From: Raillietiella orientalis
Taxonomy: Eukaryota
Length of the DNA stretch: 64,000 bases
NCBI GenBank assembly: GCA_036172245.1
Contig: JAYWIR010000022.1
Location: forward strand, 2,480,001 to 2,544,000
Direction of reading: 5' to 3'
The position numbers were made by a program, and so were the translations under genes. Below are positions 1-12,141 of this stretch, one piece after another (position 1 is the first letter of the stretch; every line of letters begins with the position of its first letter). The notes beneath the pieces were generated by a model. It ran no database searches. It was given only the letters and a program-made list of their open reading frames with translations, and had not been told where the DNA came from.

Positions 1-640
1 AGCGTAAAACGAAGGTCGTCGTGGGCCCGGACCAGAGATCCCCATCACAGGGAGTCCCACGGGAGACAAAAACCCTGCCGATAGACGCGGAATGCCGGGG
101 GGGCGGGGGACGCCGGCGATGATGCGCGGACGGCAGTGGAGGAGGAGGAGCGCATCCAGCAGGGTACAGGAGAACCCGATGGTTCTCCGGGAGGGCACAT
201 CTCCCTCCCCCCCGGGAGGGAACGCAGCGGCCTCCTACGGGACGGTGGCGACACCTGCGGAGCGCGTCCGCCGCTCGGAGTAGACGCTTCCGAGCTGCTA
301 CGAGCGCGAAAAGCGAGGATTCTCCCGGCGAATTCCTCACGGAGATTTTCATCGGCTCACAGCGGCCCCTCCCCCTTTCCCTACCCGGCGCGACTTGGTC
401 CACGTGGTGGGACTCGGATTCACGACCCTGGACTCTCCGATCTCGAAAGACCGAAATCCCGGGTTCCTGGAATCCCGAAGGTGTCATTCATCACTTGCTG
501 CGTGCTGAAAACGATGCGGCCGCGTTCCACCCCCGGCACGACGAGTCAGGAGAGGCCACTCAAGGTGATCGGGGGTGGCGGGGAGGAAGGGGGGATGAAT
601 ATCGAAAGGAAAAGGAAGAAACAGAAGATCAAAACAAAAA
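1..640 (-). mobile_element. Degenerate LINE fragment (AP-endonuclease region), L1/Tx1-like family
   Basis: The minus strand near 40-90 reads ASIGRVFVS, resembling the APE 'SRIDRVF.S' motif. Region 420-640 is an inverted paralogue of 5780-5990 (CVLKTMRPRSTPGTTSQERPLKVIGGG vs CVLETMRRSNTPTTASQEKASQAIGGG). Confidence 0.5.
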
Positions 641-659
641 GGAATCTGAAAGTCCACCG

Positions 660-1450
660 GTCCTCATGGACCACCTCCGTGCAGCCGTCCACAATCATTC
701 CCCGTTTTCCCTGTTTTCAAAGTGAACAGCCACAGTGGTACAAACCAAAAAAGGGGGCTCTTCACCACCATCCTCTCTTCCTTCTCGGTCACTGCGAAGC
801 CGCGTCACGAGGGACGCCTCAGCGGGTCTCCCTCGTCTGGGCGAGTGCCCCGTGGGCTGCAATTTGGCGACTTCTTCCTCTCCGCCCAAGAGCTGCTCCT
901 CTTCGTGGGGTCGAGTTGCACAAGTGGGGCATCGCCTTGGCAACTATCCAAGCTGGCGTGTCCATCCGGCGGATGTCGCGAGCGTAGCGGATGCACGAAG
1001 TAACCTCAAGTGCTGCCTCACCTCACTGCCTGCCGCAAGAGCGCTGTGATCGCAACAAGCTGCTGCGTCCGCAGCCATGGTGATCGCCCGCTCACGCGCT
1101 GGAGTCAGGTTCGCTGAGAAGAGAGACCACTAGTATGGCAGCAGCACTCGTGAGGGCAGTAGCAAGGTGGACTCATCTTTCAGAATAAGTCACCAGGGAG
1201 ATTGCCACCATCCGTAGCCACCTATAGAAAAAAAAGAACGTCTCACACCAAAGACCCCTGTCCCTCCCTCCCGTCTTTTTTTCATTTATTTATTGTCCTT
1301 TCCCCACGCTCCCTACTTTTTGGAAGCTAACTTGCGGACCGGTGGTCATTCTGAAGGACTTCTTTTTTTTTTTTTCGAAGGGATTCTTTCTCATTCTTCC
1401 TTGTAGTCTGTTTTGTTTTTTCAAAATGAACGTCCCGGCGTAACCGGGTG
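660..1450 (+). mobile_element. Degenerate 3' fragment of the L1/Tx1-like LINE (copy E)
   Basis: Shares CACCAAAGACCCCTGTCCC and the T-rich 3'UTR with copy B (~15150). Ends in the family terminal motif AATGAAcgtCCCGGcgtaaCCGGGtg (1425-1450). The 5' limit is approximate. Confidence 0.65.
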
Positions 1451-1479
1451 CGGACCTCACCTCACCGGCATGCATACGC

Positions 1480-4400
1480 GGGACGTCCGTCCAGCAAGCA
1501 CTGCTTCGTTGCCGAGGTCTCAAATACCAGAAGGTCCGATGACTATGGCCAGCACCTTTGTGGCGACTTCTTTCTTGGATCGCTGGCTGGCAGCTCCTTG
1601 GCGTTTGGATGCTTTCTCATTCCTGGTGACGCAGAAGGCTGCTTCACCGCTCCTCAAGCGGGCAAGCCGAGTCCGACACCACCATTCCCGCTGTCCTTCT
1701 GCAAGACCAGATCCAGCCTCAAGAGTTGAAGTGGGAGCGGGCTGATTGTGGGAAGCCACTTTCCATTCTTCTGTTTCTACCGCCGCTGTTTCGACCTCGT
1801 CCACAGTCACATCGTGCCTAGCCTCCTCCTGCAGACGAGAGCGCCTCATGCGGTGATTTGCGACATGGGGCAGCGTCTCGGTCCGCAGGCCACAAGGACG
1901 ACACAGGCAATCAGCTTCCTTCCTTCTGGGGGCTCCACTCATGGGGAGCAGACTTAGCCTTGCAGCGTGGAAGAGCTTGCAGCCCGCAGATCTCAGTTGG
2001 TCCCCATTTGCAAGAAAACGAGGGGCTATGCAGTCCGACGGAGGGCATGGCTTCCCCTTGATCCAGATGCTTCTCCACCAGGAGTTGCTATGCTTTTTCG
2101 CGTTGTGCAGCTCTCACGAAGGAGGAAAATCCTCTCATGCTGATGTCAGGAGTCATTGGGCCATTTGAATCGTCGACTCTCCTCGAAACTTCCGAAATGC
2201 TCTGCTCTTGGTCTGAACGGAGCTCGTCTTCCGATGATCCACAAGCTTTGCATATCTGGAAAGCTTTCCAGATGGGTCATAAATTTGGCATAGATTTGCT
2301 CAGAGCGTCCTCCGTGGGTGTCAAAAGAATTCCTTTCGACACCACTCACGGAGAGTTCCATGGACTCATGCCTCGACGGCATCATCCGGCGAGGGTATAA
2401 CCTGAAGCAGCTGTCCATGATGAAGGTATCAGCTTCACCAGACAGCTTCAGTGAGATCAAGACAGCAACCCTTTTATCTCTCGCCACGGGGCTTCTCCTT
2501 GGGTCCTGGATTGGATTGGGTAAATTGGGTAAGATTACTCATTGGATAAATGGCTCTAGAAATAGGCGACTTAGTCAGATAGGCAAGAAATCTTTGCGGA
2601 TCCCTCGAGCATCCAAAACGATCCGAAACCTGTTGATGCCATGGACAAGCAAAACAGAAACGTGGCTGCTGAAACTATCTCGGACCATGGCAACACGTAT
2701 GGATCAGAGAATTCCATCGACGGGGACGATTCTGTTGAGCATTGCATTTCGTGGTCATCCGTCTTGTTTCCTTATTCAGGTATTTCCGAACTTCTTTCTT
2801 AGGCGTTCCCAGTCTCTTTCGTAGTTGGAAAAAGGAAAAAGTAAAAAAAGGGGGAAAAAGGAAGGTTTCCGTAGCATCAAATTTTTTTTTTTGCCAAACT
2901 GAGGATGCACTCAGTTTTGGCAAGGGTTTCTTCCTTAGAAGGAGGAATCTCGAGTATTTCAATCCCAAACAGCCTTCAGAGATACCTGTAAGCCTCTGAC
3001 AGATTCCCGTTGGGAACTGAGCCGCTGCCGTCAGTGGTCTCAAACCTCTAGGGATCTTACGCCACGACCAAGGTCCGTGTTTACAAGGCCGGAGAATTTG
3101 GAAGGATTCATTGCTAAACCAGCCCTGTCAACTGGATGCTCAAAGTGAGTAGCCCATTTCTCAGATCCTCTTCGGAACCCGCAAGGGTGACTAGGACATC
3201 GGCATGCATCAAAGGAGCATTTTCGCCGCAACTCCCCCTCGTTACATGCGGGATGGGTTCTGACGTTAAAGGGGAGCAGAAGTGAACTCAAGTGACGTTC
3301 CTGTTTCACTCCTTCGCGCAGGTGAGAAGGACTCGTTGCAGAGGATCCCAGTCGCATGTGTGTGCTTCTATCGGAGTGCAGGTCTTCGACGGCTTGAAGC
3401 GAAGTAGTGAGCCCAACTCCTTCCCGCCTCTGCTAATGTTCTTGGCATCATGGTAGGCGAGGTGGTGGCTCTAGAAGCCTTGGTAAAGTCAACGACGATC
3501 GTTCCGATTTTCCCAGATTGTCGAAAGGAGGCATCCAATAGAGTTCGTAGACCAGAGTCCTGGTCGTTAACTACATCGAAAGGTTAGAAATCCCTTCTTC
3601 TGGGGACCACCTTGTTCTCCTGGATCCGTTCCCGCAATCTTGTCGATGGTCATTCCCGTGCAAAACCTATTGACAAAGGAAACTGGCATCCAGGAAGATA
3701 TCGGCAATCTCTTCTAGTAAGGCAGAAATTTTCGGGATTCAAATTGTCCGTGTGCACTTGCATCCTTCCAAGACTCGGCTGAATTCAAAAATGAACTACT
3801 AATTGTCGAAATGGAAGCTTCCGGATCAGCTATCGTCCATCCGGAGAATGCAATCCCGTCTACTCCGGAGGAAGAATTCTCCGCCCTGAATAAGAATGTC
3901 GAAACTCTTCTTGCGTGAGGAAAGACGTTTTTCGGGGAGAAATCTGGATTTCTCCCTAGTAGTATTTTTTGTTCTCTCAAGTCATCATCAGTTTCTTGGT
4001 GAGCTCCAGTTGATGAGAGAAGTACTCCTCGATAGTTTTTTGAACAGTCGGACATCTGAGCTCTTGTTGGACCCAAATCGCTCTCACTGCCCTTCTTCGA
4101 TTCAGATCGCATAATTTGTGAATTTGCAGAGTTCTGGTGAAAGTCCAGAATCAGCTTCTTTCGGAAGATTTATGTTCAGGACATGGCGCCCTTTTTCCAA
4201 AAAGGAGTTGTCGTGCGCAGCCTCGAGACTTTCCCGTGGTGCTCCTTTGTCTCCTAACAAGAGTTGGAGTGATTCTTCTCTTCCAAAAATGGACTCAGAA
4301 TTTCTATCCCTTGTTATACCTTTTCTTCCCTCTCTTTTTCAGAACTGCTGGCCATACTTCACCTGGAATGGACAGTTCCTTTCCATCGTCGCTCACTTTC

Positions 4401-5200
4401 TCATCAGGGACCAAGAAGTCACCAGCTCGCCTTCTTCCTCAATCTTACCAATTTAAAGATTTGGCCTCGCATTCTAGTCATCTCTTCGTTTCCATCAGAG
4501 TACTGTGGATCAAATCTTCCTCAAAACCGGCAGAGGAAGGTGTCGCATCATTGGTAGAAGCGCCAGTGGTGGCACTGACAAAGAAAAGAGGGAAAGCTCC
4601 ATTGGCAGGTATGCTACAAGAATTCTTTGAGCAGTGCAAGAGTTGGGAGACCCAGTCGACAAAGAAGAAGTTTAAAATTTGCCTCCGTTGCAGAATCCTT
4701 TACTGTTCCAAACATCATCCAAAGAAGGCGAAAGTCGTTCTGTAGAAGACAAAAGAGAAGAAGGATGCAATTCCAGAACATTCTCATCTCGATCCTAAAA
4801 CGATTTCTGATGCTCCCATTCAATGAGAACCCCACTCGTTTGTCGCAGGTTTCCAAAGAAACCCTCCTGATGTTGGAAGGATTCTAACGGAGGATCCTTG
4901 AACCTCTTCTCAGTCGACCGGCTCCTCCACCTCTTGCACATCCCTCTCAAAAGAGTCTTGCAGAGCACCTAAGCTTCCCTTCTTTGCTTTGCCAGTGCCA
5001 CTACTGGTGCCTCCACCGATGATAAGCTTCACGACTTCCTACTTGATAGCATGCCAGACTTGGTGGCCGAGGAGAGCTCTCCTAGTACCAAGGGCCATCC
5101 CACAACCCGGCTTAATACATGGGCATTTCATATGTACATCAAGAGTGTCCGGTTGAGCAGCAGAACCTGAGGGAGGGTGCAACACTTTTCGGACGTGCGT
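1480..5200 (-). mobile_element. Decayed RLE-type non-LTR retrotransposon (R2/NeSL/Utopia-like): C2H2 finger, RT, CCHC knuckle and restriction-like endonuclease
   Basis: N-terminal C2H2 finger CIKPGC-x12-HQVWH (5051-5119). RT remnants WMPVSFVN (~3680), GVKQERHLSSLLLPFNV and GLAMNPSK (ORF 3040-3357). C-terminal CRPCGLRTETLPHVANH..RHDV..RNEK..VLAIVIG (ORF 1520-1942). Many frameshifts and stops. Confidence 0.8.
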
Positions 5201-5779
5201 GGACTGAAGGTCTCCTAGCCAACAAGAAATAGGGATCAGGAACTGCTGAAGGGTACTAGCCTGGACGTATCGCTATATCCTCACGAAGATTGACGACTAC
5301 CCCCTGGAAAAAGGAACAATCTCCCGCCCACCCTGGACCCAAACTTCAAAAGACGCAAAAATGAGAAAGTGGAGTGAAAGTGAAGTGAAATGAACAGTGG
5401 AAAACATAACCAGTGCACTTGCAGGTGGTGAAAACATGGAAAGGACAGAAAAGACCGATTGTTGTTTGTTAAAAGTTTGTTTTAAGAAAATCACCCAACC
5501 GCTTATCCGACTTGGGGACTTTTATGCCTTAGGGGACGAGGGCGCAACCTTCGTTCTCGCCTCCGGATTCGGCTACCGAGACATCCTTCCCATCGACCGC
5601 TCGCCCAGCACGGTTGCCACCTTGCCAGCGAGAAACAGAATGACGCTCCGTCTTCAGGTCACTTGATCGGTCACTGCCGCCGCCTCAACCTCCGGAAGGC
5701 ACTTCTCTGAGCTTCTCGGGGAGCTCTCTCGGGCGCCGAGTTCTTTTTTTTTTTTTTTTCATTGTCTTTCTCTCATTTT

Positions 5780-6520
5780 CCTCAGTTTCTTCTGTTCTTC
5801 TGCTTCCATTTTGCATTTCTCTCGCCACCCCCAATCGCCTGCGAGGCCTTTTCTTGACTTGCTGTGGTGGGAGTATTCGACCTCCTCATCGTTTCCAGCA
5901 CGCAGTTGACGATGAGATGCCGTCCTCGGGCTTCTAGGGACCCAGGATTTCGATCTTGCGGGATTTCCAGTGTCGAGTCTTCAAGCCATGCGATCGGCAC
6001 CTCACTTGGCGTTCCGCCAGGAAAAAGTGTCCCATCTTGAGAGCTAGAAGGCTGCCGTCCTGTCCGTGGGCGGCTTATCCGCTAGATCGCACCCGGAAGC
6101 GCTCGACTGCAGCTCGTGCGCGTTGCCTGGGGCGTTCCGCCCGGTCGGGCGCATCGACGAGTCTCGGTCCTCCTCCCCTCTCTCTTACCCGCGTGGGGCA
6201 TCCGGACCACCAGCCGCTCCTTCCACTCTTCCAGCTCCACGCGCTTAGCAGGAGAGGACCCCCCCCGGTTGCCGTGGGAGATCTTAATGGGGACAGGGCC
6301 AAGGACGCCGGCTGGGCCATGTCAGCAGGCGGCTAACGGGAGCCAGCGGATGGCGAAAGGATTCGGCCTCGCGTCGCTGGGCACTCTGCCACATACCGAT
6401 CGACCGGGTCCTTCGTTCCGAAGATCCATCGCGACCGTTCGCAGGCGTTGGAGAGATCCTGACCCCTCCTTCGCTGACCACACCCTGCTCTGCTCCAGGA
6501 TGCTGAAAGAAAGCCTCGGA
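5780..6520 (+). mobile_element. Degenerate LINE AP-endonuclease fragment
   Basis: Plus-strand APE-like motifs in the correct order: VAVGDLNG (~6270), PIDRVL (~6395), PSFADHTLL (~6465). Inverted paralogue of 1-640. Confidence 0.5.
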
Positions 6521-6539
6521 AAGCGAGAGAGATGAGACG

Positions 6540-7800
6540 GACTGCACGCCCAGCAAGAAAACATCCGCAGCCAGCTAAACCAAAAGCGATGCGGAGCAAG
6601 GAAGGCTGAGGACAGAGGACCGCAGCCGCAGAGAAGCGATGCGTCCCGGACCCAGCCGGGAAATCCAGGCAGTCGATGGCCCTCCCGCTGGGCGGGGCAT
6701 AGGAGCCAACGCCATCGGCGGAGGCGTGGGACGGCGGGCGCCTTCGGGGTTTTCGCAGCACAGCGCGCATGCTCGGGACCGCTGCAGGTCGGGAGTGGTC
6801 GGCCTCCCCTTTCAGCTATCCCTCAGTCAGGAGCTCTCCCCCGTCCACGCTGGGGGTTCCCTCTCTCTGGGAGACCCTGCACCAGGACCAGTAGCATCCG
6901 GGCCTTCCAGAAATCCATCGTGGGCGAGCGACCACAGAGCCCTCTTTCTGGACCGGGGTGACCGCGCGCAAGCCGGAGGGAAGGGAAGCTCCTCCTCCTC
7001 CTCCTTGCTGCTCCTGGCCTTCTTCCTCCTCCCTCGTGGCTCCCTCGGGAAGCTACCGCTGTGGCTGCTCGCGCTGCTAAGCAGCCCAGTTGCCCGCGCG
7101 CCGTCGTCGTCGTCAACTGCCGAGCACCGGCTGCTGCGAGAATCGCCAGGGATTCAAGGCGTTGCCGAAGCATGTCCACCTGGAAACTATCCCTGCTAGT
7201 AGGGTCGGAGACCGGGATGCCATAAAGCACGTCCGCTCACGACGCGCAGTGTGGAGGCTGGGAGAGTCCCGGCTGAACATCCATAGTCCCTCCCACTTTG
7301 CGTGCAAGAAGCAGCATCAGGGAAAGAGCTGCAATGAAGGGAAAATGGGGACTCTGATCAGGGTCAGTCCACAGACCTCTTTCCCGTCTGCCGCCACAAC
7401 GGGGAGTTCCCTCTCCACGGGAGGAACGGGAGCGGTTTTCGGACACTCCCGTACCAATCTCTTCCGAAAAAGGGAAGCGGGCAGAAGATAAGTCACGGAA
7501 GGCGGGTGCAGCTCAGGGAGAAGGGAGAAGGAGGCCCTCCTCCTCCCTGGGCGAAGCGGAGGCGGCTCCCCAGAGACTCTCCACGGCGCGTCCGTCGTCC
7601 ACCGTTGCCGCTGCTCTCCCGCCACCTCCCAAACCGAATCCACGGACATTTCGGAATCCTTTCATCAAACGCAGGAGAGGGAGGTGGAGGAGTCCCTCCC
7701 TCCCAAAAGGGGAGCATCCCAACAAAGGGCGGAGGTCCACCGCGGTCCCGAACGCAGGACGCCAAGTGGGCGTTCAGACCGACCAGCCCGGCTCCCGCGC
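6540..7800 (-). mobile_element. Probable degenerate LINE 5' part (ORF1 zinc knuckle and start of APE)
   Basis: QPPHCAS* knuckle remnant at ~7240, similar to LPRCERC at ~15930. ADVFLL at ~6560 resembles the APE N-terminus. Confidence 0.4.
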
Positions 7801-7979
7801 ACCCGACAAACGCACGCCGACGGACAGGCAGGCAGCATGGGAATCATGGGGAAGAAAGGAGCGGTCAAGGGGTGGCGGAAGGGAAGGGAACAAACGAACA
7901 CGCGGTCCGAGCAAAACCGGGGTACGCCTTTGGTTCGGATCATAGGGAACAAACAGGTGTGCCGATTCTGCACAGATCG

Positions 7980-8340
7980 ATACACACATTAATTTCAACG
8001 CACATAGTTCCTATTTATCGACATACATATCATCAACAGCATTATTAATTGAACAAGTATACGTATTGACATTTATTAACACACAGTTTGTTAATGTAAT
8101 CAATAAATGGTTCATTGTATATATTCATATATATTTTTAACATTACAAAAAATACATATATGTGCTCATTATATATTATATTATATAAATTAATATAAAG
8201 GTTAATGGGTGGATGAATATATTACGAAGCTTACTATTAATTAATTACATATGCTTCTTGTAACATATATACTTATATAGAGATTAATACACACATAGTT
8301 ATTAATGTCGATTACCAACTGAATTTTTTTTTAACACGCA
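7980..8340. other. Sharp AT-rich low-complexity island inside GC-rich TE DNA
   Basis: Abrupt switch to TA/ATAT-rich sequence with GC-rich flanks on both sides. Confidence 0.75.
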
Positions 8341-8599
8341 CGATGCTATGTGATGGTTAAGGAGGAAAGTGCACGTGATGCCATCAGAGCTGCCAAGTGT
8401 TCTCGGTGCTGCAGGAAATCTCGCTGCTACGACCGAGCAAGAACCAACCTAGCAAATAGCCAGCAGCTCATAAAATTCGTAGGGGACAAGCCCTGCAAAT
8501 GCCAGTGAAAAGAAAGATGCAAAAGAAGACGAAAGAAGAACTGGGGAGCGCAGGCGGAAATCACAAGAACCCAAGAACAAGAAGCCCAAGAAAATCGCC

Positions 8600-9445
8600 C
8601 CTGCCGAATCATTCAAGCGCGGGCGGTTTCCGCCCCTGCACACGTAGCGCCGTGCTCGCCTTCAAAAAACTCCCTCCGCCAAACAACCAAAAGAGTTCAG
8701 CAAAGCTAGAAAGGCCTTCTAAACCAAAAACACTTGGTGACGTGGAAGTTCCCGCGGTGTCACAAAACACGTCAAACAGTGAACGGTTGGTCAGGGATTC
8801 GACTGTCCAAGATGAGGGACTTTGAATGTTCTTCACTAGGTCGAACATCGAAAGCCTGACGCACGCTCCACTTTAAATAATGGGTGGCACTCTCAAAACC
8901 GCCCCCACGGTGTTTTGTCAACTGCCCCCACGCTCCTGTTGGGTCCCAAAATTTCAAAACGTCACCCCTCGTTTGTGCTTTCATGACTGGGAAAAGTGGG
9001 GCACTTCGCCAACGCCTGTTTGAAGTTTTGATGGACTCTGCAAAAGAAGGTGGATTCCAGCTGGATCCCCAAACTGGGACCCGGAGGAAAGCAGAGAAAC
9101 CGTTTCCGGGAGAAGGGAGCTGGCATGGTCCTCCAGCAGACGCGGGGAGGTTCCTCCTTCTCCCCGCTTTTGCGGAGCTGGCGGGTCCAGCACAGGATCA
9201 GAGATCGACCCGGGAAAGTCCCGGGCCACTGCCGATGGGATTCCACGAGGCCACCTGCCTTATGACGAAAGGACCTGGGGCACAGGGGGGCGTGAAATAA
9301 GGCCAGGCACTCACATGGGTGGCGCATCATCCCTGGAGAAAACCAAAGCGCATAGGAAATCAGAGGAGAACGCGGGATCCGTCCGCCTGGCAGCTCACGC
9401 AGCTCCTTGACGCTGTCCACCCGAGGGAGCGCGTAGCTCTTCAAG
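8600..9445 (-). mobile_element. Degenerate Ty3/Gypsy RT-RNaseH fragment
   Basis: YALPRVD (cf. YPLPRID), WSVRQAFD..KSLIL..PDQPFTV (cf. W...QxAF..LK..L..P.L..PD..PF) and FDVFCDTA (cf. F.V.CDAS), in Gypsy order. Confidence 0.6.
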
Positions 9446-9449
9446 TTAG

Positions 9450-10040
9450 GAGGGTGGTCCGGCAGGAGGCCACCCTAGGAATCCAGGAAGGAGGGGAGAG
9501 TCCGTTCCTCGCTCGGGAGGGGAGCCCCGAACGGGACCACCTCTTCCTTGCTATCTCCCGAGGGATCCCTGGAGAGAACCAATCCCCTTTTTCTCTCCGG
9601 AGGTACTTTCTGGAGAGGATCCGCTCTTGGTTCCCTCCTCCTCCGAAGAGAACCCTGAAGGGTCGCTTCCCATTTTCTCCGAAGGGAGCAGCGTGCTTCT
9701 GAACGCTCTGGAGAGAATCGACCCCCCCCGGGGGCGCATCAGCTGGCTTCGTGGCACCCTGTGGAGGGAGGATCCCTTCTAGCAACCGGAGGGGAACAGC
9801 TTCTCGGTTCCTGGAAGGACCCCAGGAGGGTCGACTCCCGATCCTGGCCAGTCGACGGGGGCATCCAAGGGCTTCCGCCAGTGCCGCATCCCAATAGGCT
9901 GACCAGCGTCATCCTGTCAGGGAGGACTCGAACTTCCCATGACGCGGACCAGTGGTCGCCGGGGGGTCTCGATCCCTGGTGGGATTCGAACCCGCGATCC
10001 CGGGTGTCGTGCGTGCGGGGACCACCGCAGCCACGCGGCC
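9450..10040 (-). mobile_element. tRNA-headed SINE-like element, copy 1
   Basis: The minus strand begins GGCCGCGTGGCTGCGGTGG (box A-like)...GGGTTCGAATCCC (box B). The body aligns by eye with 29860-30541. Confidence 0.65.
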
Positions 10041-10551
10041 GCCAGCGCGATCAGAAGGCCAGCGGCGACCTCACGGAGAGGAGAAGCGGCGAGGCACGCC
10101 AGGTCGACCCTTCGTCGTTTTCACCCGGTCAAGCCGGGGCGTTTATTGAAAAACTTTCAGTCAGTGTTTGCAGTACAAGGCCCCGCTGCGGCCAATAAGT
10201 CTATGGAGCTGTCGGGTGGTCGGTGAGCAGACCGACTTGACACTCCACGTCAGCGGATGGGGTTGGGGAAAAAACAAAAATAAAAATAAAGACAAATTAA
10301 AGCAAAAGACCATTGTTCTTTGGAGGGCCGAGAAGGGATCACTGTCCGTTGAGTGGAGCTTCCATCCTTTGCAAGATGTCGACGAGGTCCTTGTGCAGAT
10401 TTCCCAGGTGGGGCCATCGGGTTGCTATTCGCAGAAAGCGAGCTGCATACTCCATGACATCCCTTCCGTTATCATCTTCTGCTTCGTCGGATCCACTCCA
10501 AGCCGCCACAATACCGCGTACGCAGCTGAGAGCTGCTACGACAGCGGCTGG

Positions 10552-12141
10552 CTACAGGGCGTCCCGCACTAAGAGGAGCGGAAAAACCTTTCTGGGAGGG
10601 CTACCTTCCAGGATCCCTAAGGTGGTGCCGAAGCGTTCCCAAAGGGGACGGAGGGCAACACAGTCAAATAAAAGGTGCGGGAGGGATTCCCGTTCCCCAC
10701 ATCTGGCACAGTTGGGATTCCCCGTGTCCAGTGTTGGCGGCGCGCGTTGCAGGGGAGTCCCCAGTGCAACAGCATAAGCGATCCTTGGTTCGGTTATCAC
10801 TGGGGGCCACTTCAGGTCATCCGTCGTGATGCCGAGCAGCTCGCCCCATTTTTTTAGTCCTTGCGGAAGGACGCTATGGGTTGTGGCGTCAGCCAGCTGT
10901 CCCATTGTCCAGCCGCTCATTAGCTTTTCTCTGCCTGCGATACGGCAAGAGACTTGCCACCTCGGCGTCCGGCTGCTGACGAGGGCCCTCCGTAGGAAGG
11001 GCAGCACCGTCGCTAGGCAGGTCGTCTCTGCCCATGTGCTTCTGGCTGGACACTCCAGGATCTCGCGTAGAGTGCAGCGGGCATATCGGCCGCGTCGCAG
11101 GCTATTCCATGTCTCGTGGCTCCTCTTATTCACTACCGCCCACGTGCCAACTGTTTCATCCAGCCATGCGCTGGAGTTGACGGGGCTGCAGATCATCCAC
11201 GCATTCTCCCTCGCCAGGGTGGCCACTCGTCCGAGGAGAAGGCCGCATCTTCTTGTCTTCCTTCCACGACATAACAGAAGAGATGCGAGTCCTCCCGTTC
11301 CGGATGCACGTCTGGCGAGGAGGCGGGTCGGAACACACCAAGGGATGCTCCACAACTTCGCTGCGATGGCCAAGGTTGGCCATCGCAGCTGAATTTCCAT
11401 GAGCTCCAACGTCAGGAGGCCTAGACCACCATCTCGACGCGGAGCGCACAAGTCCATCAAAGGGACTCGGGGCCTCTCCTTGCCCCAAAGGGCGATGCGC
11501 AGGAGGTCCTTTGTCCGTTTTTTTATATTCATTGGGACGGGGCAAACAAAAAGTAGGGGGCGAAGGATGGGGGCCGCAAACGCGTTCCATACCGCGGCCC
11601 GTTCCGGGAACTTGCCCTCCAGGAACGGGCCGATCGCCAACTCCACTTTCTGGAGACGGCCTGACCAGGCTTCTGACTGGCAGAAGTCCCCCAGCGGAAC
11701 GCCAAGGTACTTCAGATATGCGCCCGTCGGGATCCCCATGCGGATCCAATCAGGCCGTCCTACCCACGTCGATCCAACTGCCACCATCGACGATTTTGCC
11801 CTGTTGACCCGTAGCCCTGTCCCACGGCTTAGCAGATCGAAGAAATATTCGACTGCCGTTGCCGGGGCGGACATTGGGTGCAGGAGCAGCAGATCGTCGG
11901 CATATGCGGACACGGCAGGCGTGCCGGGGCACCAGCTTGGCAAGGCAGCCAAAGTCATCCTGTATGCTCTCAGCACCAACTCGAAGTAGGTACTAAAGAG
12001 CAGGGGACTGAGGCTATCACCCTGCCGAATCCCGCGGCGCACCGGCACGCCGTACACATTTTGTCCTCTGAAAAAGATGTTCGTCAGAGAGGCGCGCCAG
12101 CAGGAGCGCAGGTACGCCGTTAAGGTAGGTGGGAAGCCCAT
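10552..12141 (-). pseudogene. Longest intact piece of LINE ORF2 (RT C-terminal half to zinc knuckle), 529 aa
   Basis: ORF carries GIRQGDSLSPLLF, YADD, GLRVNRAKS, GGLGL and CCHC. It is separated by a frameshift from the upstream RT part (12120-12593), where DxxKAFD reads NLHKAFD. Confidence 0.85.

Noticed and set aside
5480..5560. HDV-like or hammerhead ribozyme at the RLE element 5' end
   Set aside because: I could not build the required helices by eye. CTGATGA occurrences elsewhere lack a properly placed GAAA and stems.
9973..10040. Functional tRNA gene
   Set aside because: The T-arm is present but there is no acceptor-stem pairing or proper anticodon arm, and it is attached to a repeated body.
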